Assembly: GCF_036321535.1 (NCBI RefSeq)
Contig: NC_087436.1
Coordinates: 43,154,001-43,218,000 of the forward strand
Length of the DNA stretch: 64,000 bases
Direction of reading: 5' to 3'
Origin: Camelus dromedarius
Lineage: Eukaryota
Under the pieces are notes generated by a model. The model did no database searches. It was not told the origin of the DNA and saw only the letters and a list, made by a program, of their open reading frames with translations. Shown here piece after piece: positions 24,367-36,891 of the stretch. Made by a program: the position numbers and the translations under genes. The first letter of the stretch is position 1; the number at the start of each line of letters is the position of its first letter.

Positions 24367-27300
24367 TCCTGTATCATGACAGTACAGAGATTGCAGAAAA
24401 ATAACTTACTTTAAAAATACAGGATAGAGACAATGACAGCCTATTAAACTATGACTCTGGGGGGAACTTATAAAATAAATATGTAAGCATGAATAAAATG
24501 ATTAAAAATGTTAAGGGATATCTACTGTATTAGGCTACACCAGAAAGTCCTTTTTTGCAGAAATGTTTTAGAGTATTTGCCCTTCATAGGAAACATTTCC
24601 ACAAGAGGATGCTTCTCTATTTGAAAATAATTGATGGAAATACTCTTTAAATGATTAAGTTATACTGCCTGACATTCTCAGTTTCTATTTGCAGATGCTT
24701 ATAATAGGACTACATTTCCTCTGAACTTGTGAGAGTGGAAATAACTTTGCTTTAGTTTGGTCACTGAATGGTACCAAAGTTATCAGCAAATATATGTGGC
24801 AACAGAAAAAGTAACACACTGATCATATTGGTCATGGATTTTTGGGGTAAAGATAATAAAAATGATTTCTATATACAATGTAGTAAATATAGTATTCATT
24901 TGTATGTGACGTAGTGCTTGATCTTTAAAAGCTCAACAACAAATATTTGTTGAATAGATAATAAATAAGTCTTCCTATTACTCATGACTAATGTTGTAAG
25001 AAATGAATACATACTGTCCCTTTAAATAAAGTGTCCTTTGAAAACCTGATTAGCAAAACATAAATATGGCTTTATGCAACTGCCTCTGAATAGCCCATAG
25101 GAAACAAGGATATAACTAAATGATCATGGGCATCTCCTTCTGTGTATAATCTCAGAGTCTATGGTCAAGATAAAACTGCTTTAAAAGTTAAAATGAGTAG
25201 TGCACGATGCATAAGTTTAATAGTATGTAATTAAATCATATAATGTAGCAAAAAAAAAAACAAATAGAATATGATAGATGGTAGACTATAATTTGTTTTT
25301 ACATCTTTCATGATGTAGCAAATAAAACATGAGTCCTTAACATGTTGTTTAATAAGTAGGGGATAATATCCACTTTCTTTTGTGCAAAAGAAGAAGTGCG
25401 CTTTACTGCCCTTCATTTTACTCTTCCCCCGATCAACCATGAACCACATCCTCAGCAAGTCCCCGCATGACAAGTGCCCCTGGCTGGGATGCCACCTTCC
25501 AATGCCCACACACACTGGCTCCTATCACAGCCACACGTAAAACCTGGTTTTGTTCCCACATCTGTTATACCAATTGTACACATTAACATAATTTTTGTAT
25601 ATCAGTTCAGTATTATGTAAATAATATTTTTCTATCAGAACTAAAGTAAGTGGCCTGAAAAGTCTCAACAAAGGTGAGTCACCAAAAAATGACTGCTACT
25701 CAGGTGTAGTGGAGATAATTATAGCAGATTGGGAAAAAAAGACGTCAAAAGTTTAAAAGGTTCTGCACTCAGTCTATTGTCTCTTAAAGACAATACACAG
25801 GATAAATATTAGATAGATACAGATATTATAGGATACATACACATACAATATAGGATGTATTATTATGTTCTTTGCACAAGAATGACAGCTTAGTCTGCTA
25901 GTCAACAGATCTCTATTCAAAGAAAACATCTCACCTCAAAAGGTGTACACTTTACGTGTATCTACTGCATTGCCATTTTTATGACTCCCATTTTAACTGA
26001 CATGGCAGAAGATAAGATTTATGACCAAAGTATACATAATAATGTAAATATAATGTCACTTTAATTTTAGCAGCTTACCCGGTAATTAATGTTCTACATC
26101 TCAACGATTATATGCAACATATAACACAATCACTTTAAATCTCTGCAAATAATGGATGACAGCAGGTCAATAAGTAGATGGATGAGTCCTATCTCACAGT
26201 TCTTCCAAACTACATTAGGACATGGAGCTTGTTGGCTCCTGTTGCCAGTAATGTGTCCCTCCCACCCTAATGTCCATTCTGGCAAACAGACAATGACTAT
26301 AATCTCTGGAGAATGCTCAACTGTCTCATAGCCCCTGCTGGGTCTTACAAAGTAAAGTTGGAAAAGCAAAGGTTAAGGAAACAAACCATGATTCCAAAAT
26401 GTCTCAGAAATTTCTGAAGCAGTGGCTTTTCCTTTACCAACTGCTGCCTTACTCTCCTCCCCACACAATGACTTTATTCATACTCTGGAAGGAGGGAGAG
26501 CAAAGGAAACTTTCTTTGATGGCTGAGAACTCACACAGCTGCTCAAAGGGCACATCGTAGGAAGCCAATGATGTGAGATTCGTCTGTTAGATGTGTGGCT
26601 GTAGTTCAACCATTACTTTTAAATGGAAGTAACAGTAAATTTAATTTTATTAATTTACATAATTATCAAATTGCCTCATGCTCTTCGCTTCCCACCAGGG
26701 AGTAGTTCCAAATTATTTTTAGTGAAGCTGTAGACTTTAGAAAATGATGTTGAATCTGATGCTCCCATGAAAATCAATAAAGGACACGTCTTAAGTGAGT
26801 TTTTTGAAGTTGAAAGTTAGGTGAAAACATCTCTTTCACAAAATTCCTGTTAAGCTACTTTTAACAAAGCCAAGATCAGTTATGGCAGAGTGGTTAAGAA
26901 CATGGACTTTGGACTCTGACAACCTAAATTTGAATCCTAGATCTCCCCTCAAAGTCTGGCATATTTGTAATGACTACATATTAATTATACTTTTAATATC
27001 ATCAGTATGTGGGAAAAGAATGATGAAAATCTCTTCTGAAAGAGAGGCTGTGCAAAGTAAGAAGCCTCACATCCCAGACAGGAGTAAGTTCAGATATCCA
27101 GTCCTTAACCCCAAATTTCACTTCACAAAACAATAAAACTCACAATTCTAAGAGAAGCAGAAAGTAAAGACTGGGCAGCATCAAAACATGTAACCAATAA
27201 ATCTACCCATTTCAATAAAGGGGGAACTTGTTTAGTTAAGATGGGCCATGATTTCTTATTATCCCAACTGAAAACAGACACGCTATTATGTTTTCTATTT

Positions 27301-27865
27301 GTCTGTTGGCTTTTCACCTAGAAACTTGATTTCTGAGTACAGTGGGTTTTGGTGGAGCACTGCTTAGCTCGACAGTGTAGAGAATAATAGTTACCAGAAA
27401 AGAAAAAATTTCCCGTGGGAGTTCTATGAGGAGTTTTCATATCCCCCTTGAGCTAGATGTGTGGAGATAGGGCTGTATGTCTGATTTCTGACACCATATT
27501 TGAGGTCTTATTTAGTTACAGTATTTAGAAAGCTAATTGCTCCTCTTTTTAAATATATATATCTGTATAGTGAAAGTCATTCACTCTAAGTAATATTTAT
27601 GAGCCTGAAATCTCTTTGAAATTGGACATGTATGTTCTATACCTTTGTTGCTATTAAAGAATTTATTTTCTTACAAAACTTGTCTCATTCTCCACTCCCA
27701 CCACACTGTAAGTTGCTGGAGGGGTGGAGTAATGTTTTCACCACCGATGACTCTTTAGCACTGAGCACAGATCCAGCACATATTTTATATCCAATAAATA
27801 CTAAGGGAGTGAGTTAATGAAATGAATGGAAGTCAAGCAGTTCAAGACAGCAAAAAAAATACAAG

Positions 27866-27883
27866 TTTGCCATCTAGTGGTCA
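27866..27883 (-). promoter_or_regulatory. Candidate CTCF site
   Basis: Minus strand TGACCACTAGATGGCAAA fits the CCASYAGRKGGC core. Confidence 0.5.
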
Positions 27884-28884
27884 TTTGATAAAAATGTACA
27901 TTCAGGATTCCCAGAACATGGAAGAGGTAATAAAGTTGAGAAAAACCATGATTTCTAAGAACAGATGTGTTCAGCCAATCTTGCTATTACAAGTTTCACT
28001 CATCTGAGATGTACACATTGTTTCAAAGATGCCAAATAAAGACACATATGCACAGGTCCTTAACACGAAGATTTTCCAGGTATAAGAAATCATACAGTAA
28101 GGAAAAGCCATTACAACTCAGCCATATATAATGCCTCAGAGTATAATGCTAGCTTGTGACGAGATTTGTTTCTTTCTTATATAATTTATTGAAGCTGTAC
28201 TTTAAATCTTTAAAAATATTGTGACACACTGGCCAAAGGTTTTAAGATTCGACTTGAGAAAACAAACAGTGCCACTCTCCCATCTAAATTCAGTCTGTGT
28301 CCTGCAGCTCATTAATAAATCATATGCTACTCTATTTAAAACCTCACATCAAACCCACTGTATTCCATCTACCTCAATGCCTGTCGACAGGGACCTGCTC
28401 TCAGCCTGAAGAATAAAATTCCTCTCCTTTCCCCCACATCTAGCAAAAGAACCAAGTGTTCTAAAACTCTAGATGCATCATTCCTAGCTTGGAGCGTTTC
28501 CTAGAACCTCATTCACAATTTTTGTATTTGTCAATTCTTGATCTTATTGTCTCTTGGGAACCTCTAATGTTGTACCATTGCTCTACTTATCTACTTTACA
28601 AAGAGAAATTAAAGAGCTGTTGTTCTTAGAATTCATGCTTAAGGAGAAAAGTTAATAAATAAATGCAAAGAGAGGAGCACTTCTGCTTTCAGCTATGAGT
28701 CTCCCTCTCAGGAGGCCTCCTTTAATCTTTGCTCCAGCTAAATAGCACAAGAGCATTAGGACCCATTACTATCACGTCTTCCTCTTCTAGATTTGCACTG
28801 GCAAAGGTCAATGATGATCACTGTTCTCTCCTAAAGAATCAGCAGTCATATTTAAAGCAGTAAAAATTAAAAATGTTAAGCGCA

Positions 28885-29010
28885 GGGGGTTGGGATAGAG
28901 GTATAGCACAGTGATAGGGTGTGTGCCCAGCATGCATGAGGCCCAAGGTCTGGGGTTCAATCCCCAGTACCTCCACCACCAACAACAGCAAAAAAGAAAC
29001 TAGCAACAAA
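28885..29010 (+). mobile_element. tRNA-derived SINE (Vic-1-like), diverged
   Basis: ggtatagcacagtg...gcatgcatgagg...ggttcaatccccagtacctcca then A-rich tail. Confidence 0.8.
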
Positions 29011-29565
29011 TTATTATTTTTTAAAATGTTGAATATATGCTCTGCCAAGATACAGACACCGTTTTCCTCTTAAGCAAATTCAATTTTCTTTTTGAATACA
29101 GCAATAATAATCAGAAATAGAAAGAAAATGAGGATGGACTGCCCTCACTGGGAATGCATCTGGCCCAATTGTGAGCATAGTAGGTAGGCATCAAGGTCTT
29201 CCCAAAGGCTGGCGTAACCTTGGGGCTAAGATAAGAAGTTCGCCGTGGACTGTCCTATGACTTTGCCAGCAGTAGGTGTCACACCCAACTACAGCAAAAG
29301 GGCAGAGGGGTGGGAAAAAAAAGTCAGTAACAGAAAAAGAAACTAAGTATTATTAAAATGACATGCATGCATGTTAGATGGATTTATGTTGATAAAGGAA
29401 GCTGGAATCCCTGTATTAGTTGTGTAAATGCATTTACATCTGCCGACTTCAGTGGATATTCTACAACATGCTCACCAAAAGAAGTTAATTCAACACGGAA
29501 AGATCAAAACATTTTATAAGTGAAAAAGTACGTGGCGCCGAAGCCAGTGGGTTCCTTTTACTTAC

Positions 29566-29664
29566 CGTGGTGGTGGTGGTGACCTCCTCGGTTACAACCT
29601 TCAGGGTGTCCACCACGGAGATGTAGCCCAGACGCTTAGCAATCGCCAAGGCAGTGTTGCCATT
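29566..29664 (-). CDS. ANK2: ANK2 exon (~22), 99 nt, [33 protein letters not shown] (last ANK repeat)
   Basis: Acceptor ctctcccttcAG, donor ACG|gtaagt. Confidence 0.97.
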
Positions 29665-29847
29665 CTGAAGGGAGAGTGAAAGAGAGTGAGAGCCGGGAGG
29701 GAGGACGGCAATGTGAGCCAATGAGCTCACCCGCGGCTCCACATGAGCCAGCATTTCCTTCCAAAACAAGGCACAGCTTAGGAAAATCACTTGTTTTTAC
29801 CATTACATCTGAATCTGTCTTTGTAACTTCTTGAGACTATAGCCCAG

Positions 29848-29861
29848 GTCACCATGGTAAC
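29848..29861. promoter_or_regulatory. RFX X-box motif GTCACCATGGTAAC
   Basis: Fits GTNRCCATGGYAAC exactly. Confidence 0.5.
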
Positions 29862-30094
29862 ACAACAAGCTGCATCTGCCCGCTCTTTCTAATAAGAAGC
29901 ACTTGACTGCTTTAACCCTAAGGTTGTCAAACGGCTCTGCGAATTCTGTATTGTGCTTAGGAAAGTAACTCGTGAATAGAAGATGAGGCCTCCAAAAACT
30001 ATTCAAGCACCAAGTACACTCACTCCTCACTGAGGTCAGGCCATCTGCTGCAGGTAAGATGTCACCACGGGGAACACAGTAACAGATTTAGCTA

Positions 30095-30680
30095 CAGCTG
30101 TGCGGAAGCTGGGGCTGCAGCAGAATAACACAAGCCAGCAATTCAGGCCCCGGCCCAGACCACTGGGGATCCCGGTTTGTTTAATTGCACCGCTTAGTTT
30201 ACATTTCAATGGCTACGCATCCCCCAAAGAGCTTAGTCTGAGCCAGCGGTCTCGGAAACTGTGCTCCCTTAAGAAGGCGGGGCGGGAGGGGACTCGCTCA
30301 CAGCTCAGAGCCAGCTGGCCGCGGGGCAGCCCCGAGCGCAGGGCCCCCTCTCCCCGGAGACTGGACCGAGTCAAGCCGCTGCGCTCCCTTCCCGTACCCG
30401 CACTCCCGGCGAAGTCGTGCTGATTTCTGGAAATCCTGGGCTTTCCAGAGTAGAGTGCCGGGGGCTTATTTAAAGAGGATGCTGGGGTGGGAAAGGAGGA
30501 AGGAGTGGCGTGGGAGGGGCGGCGGGCGCCCGCCTTACCGCGGTGGTGGCGTTGGGCTTGGCCCCCTGCTGCAGCAGGACGTTGATGATGTGCGTGTGGC
30601 CCTGCTGGGCAGCCTGGTGCAAGGGCGTGTAGCCGTTCTGTGGACCACGGGGGCGGGCGACCGAGCAGCGATGTGCCAAA
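30095..30680. promoter_or_regulatory. Intragenic CpG-rich island over exon ~21 and its downstream intron
   Basis: Sharp rise in GC and CpG density (ccgcgg, gcgc, gggcggg) against an AT-rich background; not computed. Confidence 0.7.
30539..30637 (-). CDS. ANK2: ANK2 exon (~21), 99 nt, [33 protein letters not shown]
   Basis: Acceptor gtccacAG with a GC-rich, weak tract; donor GCG|gtaagg. Confidence 0.96.
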
Positions 30681-32477
30681 GGAAAAGGAAAACTAGGTTA
30701 GCCTTCATTTTTAATTTCTTAGCCTTATTTACAATCAAATAATCAGGGATGCCTGTTTATTAGGCGAGCAGCATAGCAGCAACCCATTTCTCGGCAGCAA
30801 ACACGCCCTCACACCTTATGGTCCGCTAATCAAAGAGAAGAGGCTGGCTGATGAAATAGCAAGATAAACAGACTCCAAATTATAACCATTTTTTTCTTTT
30901 CACCAAGTAGCATTTTCATGAGCATTAGAAAGGGGTTTGCTGGAGAAGATTTATAATGAGAAAGTGCATTATCACAGTGATTTCTTCACTAGGGAAAAAG
31001 GTACAAACCACTACTTTTTCATCGTGACTTCCCTTCTCATTAAACTTTGGGCTAGCTTTAAGAATTCTAAGTCAATGAAAGTAAATCTAAATCTCATATT
31101 GCTTTCAGAGAACAGCTTCAGTCAAAGATGAGCACACTTAATAGGAGGTTTCATTGGAAGCTGGGTGGCCCACTTTCAATGTCTTTTAAAAGTAGGTTCT
31201 TTTTAACATTCTGGTCTAAACGTTCACTCAGATGAAAGTTCTGTAATCCATGATTTGTGAGGAACTGCAGTTAAGATTAGTGGAAAGCCAGTCTGGCTCA
31301 GAACTCTAGTGGGTGGTGGGTTTGGTACAGGTTAATTGCAAATAAACATTAATTAAATAAATTGCACTAGACTCCTTGGAGACACAACAAAACATTAATA
31401 GTGATCATGTATTAAGCATAATTTTATGCCAGATATTGGACCTTGTATTTATTGTCTCTTTTAATCTTTACTACCATTCTGCAAATAAGTGTATTTGGTA
31501 CATAGTAGGTGTTTTATAGGTAATGGGTGACTAAATGAGTCCACAAAAAAACTGATTGAATAAATGAAGGATTTTCTCATTTCAGAGATGATGACTCTGA
31601 AAATAGCAGGGTTAAGTAATTTCTTCACTATCATTCTAGGTTCAGATCCTATGGAGAAGATAATGATAGACAATGACCATGAGACTACTTTTTTATTATC
31701 AACCTGCCTCACTACCAATAAAATTTCATCTATATATTTCAGACCCAAGTGTCCTGGGCTCTAAGTTCTGGGTAGCCCATTCACACCTTAAACTTGTAAG
31801 AGTATCTTTCCCTTACATCTAGTGTCACTGCCTCCTCATGACCAATATGTTAAATTACATGGGAAGCATTGTCAAGTAAGAAATAATAGAAAGCCTTCTT
31901 TATGTTGTGTTTATATAAGTATATGGTATAAGTATTTCATAAATTCTATGAAATTCCTAGAAGTTTGATATGTCCTGGTATAACTGTATCAGTCATAATT
32001 CCAGTTCTTATCTTAAACGTTGTGTGTCCAAATGTCCTTGTCAATTCCAAGATCTTTAATAATGGGCATTTTAAAGTCTTTTTTGTCATTTGCAAAGAGT
32101 TAGTGTTTTACTCTGATGCTTTGTAGAAGTCTTCCAGCAAAAGTGGTTCATCTTCAGAATAAATCAAGAAAAGAATTTTTTGACAAGTGTGGGGTTTTGA
32201 TAACTTTTAAGATCATAAAACTGAATTGGTGAGAACAAAGACTGCCTTTGAATCTCCTTGGAAGGGACTATACCAGATCTTACTATTCAGATGGCAGCTA
32301 AACTTCAACAGTTTGAGCCTTGGGTACACATTTATAAGTTAAAGAAGACTCCACCTGACATCTGGTCCCATCCGAATGCCAGAGACCTCCAAATCAAACT
32401 GACTAAGAGAAGTAGCTGACATTAAGGGAGACTGCTTCTTCCCAAGATGCCAGATCATGACTTCACTTTAACTAAAC

Positions 32478-33400
32478 ATGAAAACCTCTCTTCTCCTTTT
32501 TTTTCCTTTACTCTTGCCTTGGCCAGGAAAGATAATGCTACCATTCATATCTCCCAGGCCACTGCTAAGAGGAGTAAGCTTGCAGACTGCTGGATTTATC
32601 ATCAAAAACTCTGATCTGTCCTTGATGCTAGAAACCCCCAGACTTTTTCCCTGTCTCTGGTTAACACCCCAAACTTGGGGTGCCCAGGTTCTATGTAAAG
32701 AAAGGGATACAAGATGAGAATAACCAGAATACAACTGCCTGTGTGGCCCACAGACCCTTAATACCAACAGGCAATCATGACTCAAAATTAACTCCCTTTG
32801 ACAGAACCCTGCTTCCCTGGTTAGGGGTCAGTGCTAACGAGGAATCTTTCCTTAACTCTTGAATATACTGCAGATTCTATTGCTAAGATAATAGCTGCCC
32901 AACAAGATCTTTAGACATTCTGGCCAAAGTTGTTCTTGATAATAGGATAGCCCTTGATTTTCTTTTAGCTGTGCAAGACCAGGTACTGGGGTCAACACCA
33001 TCTGCTCTACCTGGATTAACACTTCTGGGGAAGTTGAAACAATTGCATAAGATCACTGGGCAAGCCACTTGGACTCCTTCGATGAGGTCTTTGACTTGGT
33101 TGATTTTGATTGGTTTGAGTCTTGGGCATCATGCCTCTGAAATGCACTCCAGAAATGAAGAATTATCCTACTTATAATAATCATAATAATCTCCTTGGTG
33201 CATTGTATTCTCTCAAAAGCTTTATTTATTTTTGTTATTTTCTTATTTTTTATGGAGGCACTAGAGATTGAACCCAGGACCTTGTATATGCTAAGCACAC
33301 ACTCTTCCCCTGACCTATACCCCCACATTATGCCCCCCCCGAAAGCTTTAAATATGTGTTCATAGCCACTTGCCACAAAGCAGATGATCTCCCTAAGAAT
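32478..33400 (+). pseudogene. Degenerate retroviral env (signal peptide, mostly deleted SU, TM with immunosuppressive-domain motif)
   Basis: MKTSLLLFFPLLLPW at 32478; LAKVVLDNRIALDFLLAVQ at 32920; frameshifted NTICSTWINTSGEVET/QLHKITGQATW; hydrophobic IIIISLVHCILSKA; several frameshifts and a SINE insertion. Confidence 0.8.
33225..33341 (-). mobile_element. tRNA-derived SINE (camelid Vic-1-like) nested in env
   Basis: Reverse-strand tRNA-like head (ggttcaatc B box), T-rich tail, TSD aaagcttta at 33216-33224 and 33342-33350. Confidence 0.85.
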
Positions 33401-33619
33401 GGAACATTAGAAAAGGAACAAAGAGAATGACCAGCTTAAAGACTGTAAACCTGAGGCTGTGATCTGTGACTATCACATGGGCAGAAGAAACATCACAACT
33501 TATGGATACCAAAGGGATGACAAAAACCATGAAAACTTCAGAGAAGTGGGGGGGGGGGTGATGGCTTAAATATTGATCACATCTCAGTTAAGCTGAGAGT
33601 CTGATCAAAAGGAGGAACT

Positions 33620-34034
33620 TGTTAAACATAAAACCACAGGCCCAAAATGGAGTCGCTTATGCTAGGCCACACCACCAAGCTGGGGCTTAATACCTAAGCT
33701 AGCTGAAGCTTTCCCCAGAAATGCAGTCTTAACGGGTCAGTCTGGCATTTTCTGGTCGGCACCAGGGAGGTAATCTGTCACACGGGCCCCCTCCATTCCC
33801 CGAAAGGTGAGTTACTCTGCCACACAGTCCACTTTCACCCCCAAGAGGTAGGCTGCCTAAGCCTTACTCTTTTTTGTTTAGGACTTTCTTGTCCTGCCTT
33901 TAAAAACCTTTCCCTTTCTGTAGTCCTTTGGAGCTCCCCTCTGTTCGCTTGACAAATGCTGCCCAATTCATGAATCTTTCAATAAAGCCAATTAGATTTT
34001 AAAAATTTACCTGGTTGAATTTTTTTTTTTAACA
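33620..34034 (+). mobile_element. 3' LTR of the ERV1-type element (415 bp)
   Basis: Inverted termini TGTTAAA...TTTAACA, upstream PPT, AATAAA at 33981. Confidence 0.85.
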
Positions 34035-35999
34035 ATGCTCAGGTTGCCGTATGATTCCCTCTAAGCTGTCACTATGGCCTTTCCATCTATGGGGATGTAC
34101 CACGTGTGTGACTAACTATCTGTCTGACTGTCCCTCAGGCTGGAATAGCATCAGCTCTGCCATGTCTGATACACATCCCTGCAATGGAATGACCTCAGGA
34201 AACCTGGAGCTATAAATCCCCTACAGGGACTCTGAGATATGTATCACTCCTACATGGACTCTGCTCTCAAATCGGGTAATCCATGGATATTTGAGGAGCA
34301 TCAAGTATGAGATATTTCTTTTCCTGAAAAACTCTCCCTTTCCATTGTGTTTATAAATATTATACTGAAGTTTTATAAACTTTTCCAAATTTTCATACCA
34401 AGTGATGGATGTTTAAGGAGTAAAGGAAATACATATGTTTATATTTTCATAGCAACAAAACAATTTTTAGTAACTATGGTTACATATGAGAGGCGAGGAA
34501 GAAAACATAATTCCTTCTCCAAAAATGTCATTCTACATAAAATTATGAAGTGTTTATTAAATGAAATCCTTTGGGTATCTATCTATCCACTTCCCTGCAG
34601 ATACATAAAAAGATGTATTTGTTTCCAAAAGCAAGTAAAATCTAAAAAGTTCACTTTTTAAAAAATCTGAAAGTTAAAATGAGATTTTTCTCTCAACCAA
34701 ATGTCTACTTGAATGCAGATCAAACTCCAGGGAGGCAAATGATGTTATCCAGACAATATGTTTGGCTTCTAAATGTTATAGCCAGTTCAACAAACACTTA
34801 ACAAAACAAATATGATAAAGGTTTTCAAGTTCTGCCCAAATCTCATTGCATTGTTGCATTTATGCCTTTCAGGAGAATACCTGGATTCCAACGAGAAAGT
34901 CTTTCCTGTAGTGCTTATATGTGAACTGACCCAACAGAAATCCTATTACATGTGAATGCCTGAGAATTCATATTTGGAGCTTTTCAATAAGTCTCAAAGT
35001 ACAATTGCACAAGAACTCAAGAATTAGTCAGCAACTTGGCAATATCTATCGTGTTAGAGTTGGATTAGAAGTTTTGATTCTGAAATATTAATAGTGTTAT
35101 TTATCACTTTAAAATAATTTTATTTTTAATTCACCTACAAATACACTTATGTACAGACGTGCTTTTGTCTCTGCTTTGAAGTGGATATAAAAAGACTGAC
35201 CTTCAAAACTTCTTCTGCTTCTAATGAGTAGCATCTTTAATGATGACTTCGAAAACTCCTGAATGTGCTCACACTAGTTTACTTGAGCCTACTCACATAG
35301 CTGCAATTAGAGATTTCTGATATATAAACTTTAAAAACTGCAATTACATATTTTTTGGACCAAGAAAATTGGAGCTGCAAAAGTTATACTATGCCTAGTA
35401 GCAGCCGTTATTTCACACATTTGTCTTCCTCTTGAAATAATTTGAATGTACTGAAGTGTGATGTTATGTTCCCATCTTGCTTTGCTGAAGGGACCCTTCA
35501 GATACCACTGGGAAAAACACTTGGGATTAAGTCAGCTCTGCATTATCCTTGAAAACTTCCAACCCAGGCCTTACATATTATTGCCTCACTGAGCATGACC
35601 ATGTGATATTCCAAATACGACAGGGTTTATTAAAACTGAAAGGCACACTGCCTGTACTGAGGATTGGGCAATGGGGGCCAAGGCCTGGAAACAATGTAAA
35701 GGAAATCGGGCAGAACATCAAGATGTTCTAACTAGGCAACTATCATACCCTGCAGTAAACTGTTAAATCCATGTCAGCTACTGGAACTTTACCACAGAAG
35801 TCGTTCTGAAGCTAACCTACATGGCTGTCAAAAGTCATTAGGATGAAAAGTCCAAACAACTGCAACAATACATCACTTACTCAAAATCACTTTAGAAGAA
35901 CTAAAAGGAAAATACATTTGTAGCTATGGTGAGCTGGTGAAGCGTCATATGGCTGAACCATTTGCATATAGAAAATAAAAATGAGTACAACTATTTTAC

Positions 36000-36098
36000 C
36001 TTGGTTTTTGCATTGACATTTGCTCCCTGCTTCAGAAGAAAGTTGACCATTTTCACATTTCCATAGTGACAGGCCACGATTAAAGGAGTGTAACCAAG
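36000..36098 (-). CDS. ANK2: ANK2 exon (~20), 99 nt, [33 protein letters not shown]
   Basis: Acceptor ttattatttatAG, donor AAG|gtaaaa. Confidence 0.97.
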
Positions 36099-36149
36099 CT
36101 ATAAATAATAATAATAAACAAATAAATAACTACTGTAGTGGTAAATACT

Positions 36150-36690
36150 CAAGGGATGGGGGATTAGGGAGAGCTTCGGTTATGGTAGATTGTGTAGAAA
36201 TTCTGTTTGATGGTACAAATATTACTTGGCAAATGATACATGCGTTCTGTGGATATAAATATGAATAGGGACAGATCCCTGAACACAGGAACTTAACACA
36301 GCAAGGGAGACGTGTGTCCACTTAATCTGACAAAGAGCTAAGAGAAAGAGATGGATAATAGGATCTGAAAACAGGGGAGAGAGACTGAGTCTGATAGGAG
36401 GACCCAGAGGAGATGCATGAATAAATGTAGCCACTGTGAGCTCATAGAACTTCACGGCATTGCATTTCACAACCAAGGGCATGGAGGAGGCAAGCACAGG
36501 ATGAGAACAGCAAGTCATCCCCACTAGCTGAAGTGATAAGGGAGAGAGGGTGGACTTAAGTCTGCAAAACTGGCGTCTTTTTGTAAAGAGTCCTATTATT
36601 GCTATCCATTTGGACTTAATTCTAGCAAAAATGGAGAAGCATTATAGATTTGTGAGCAGGAGAGAGTCATAAATAATTCAGAATGGGATT
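36150..36690 (-). mobile_element. LINE-2 fragment filling most of the short intron between exons ~19 and ~20
   Basis: Purine-rich antisense L2 motifs (tttggacttaattct...aatggagaagcatt...gagcaggagagagtcata). Confidence 0.55.
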
Positions 36691-36792
36691 TCGAGGGGGG
36701 GATGGAGCTTAGACTAGGGGTGACCTAAATGGGGGCTACTGGGAATCATCCGAGTCAGAACTTGTCACAATACTGACAGTGACTTGCCCTAC

Positions 36793-36891
36793 CTTTGTGT
36801 GAGCATCCTGGTCAGCCCCATGCTTGGTGAGAATATCAGCAACATTCACTTTATCTTCCTGGGCGGCAAGGTGTAAGGATGTGAGTCCACT
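36793..36891 (-). CDS. ANK2: ANK2 exon (~19), 99 nt, [33 protein letters not shown]
   Basis: Acceptor ttctctctacAG, donor AAG|gtaggg. Confidence 0.97.

Larger units (their letters stand above)
31845..33619 (+). mobile_element. ERV1-class (MER4-group-like) proviral internal remnant: AT-rich internal segment, integrase C-terminus, decayed env, PPT
   Basis: ~32240-32370 translates to KTAFESPWKGLYQILL..AAKLQQFEPWVHIYKLKKTPPD, matching a WKGPY..PWVH integrase tail. PPT aaaaggaggaac precedes the LTR. 5' boundary approximate. Confidence 0.8.

Noticed and set aside
25231..25560. GC-richer island with a 94-aa minus-strand ORF
   Set aside because: No convincing acceptor/donor pair or homology; I cannot support an exon call.
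32478..33400. Possible domesticated env (syncytin-like)
   Set aside because: Multiple frameshifts, most of SU is deleted, and a SINE is inserted; no long ORF remains.
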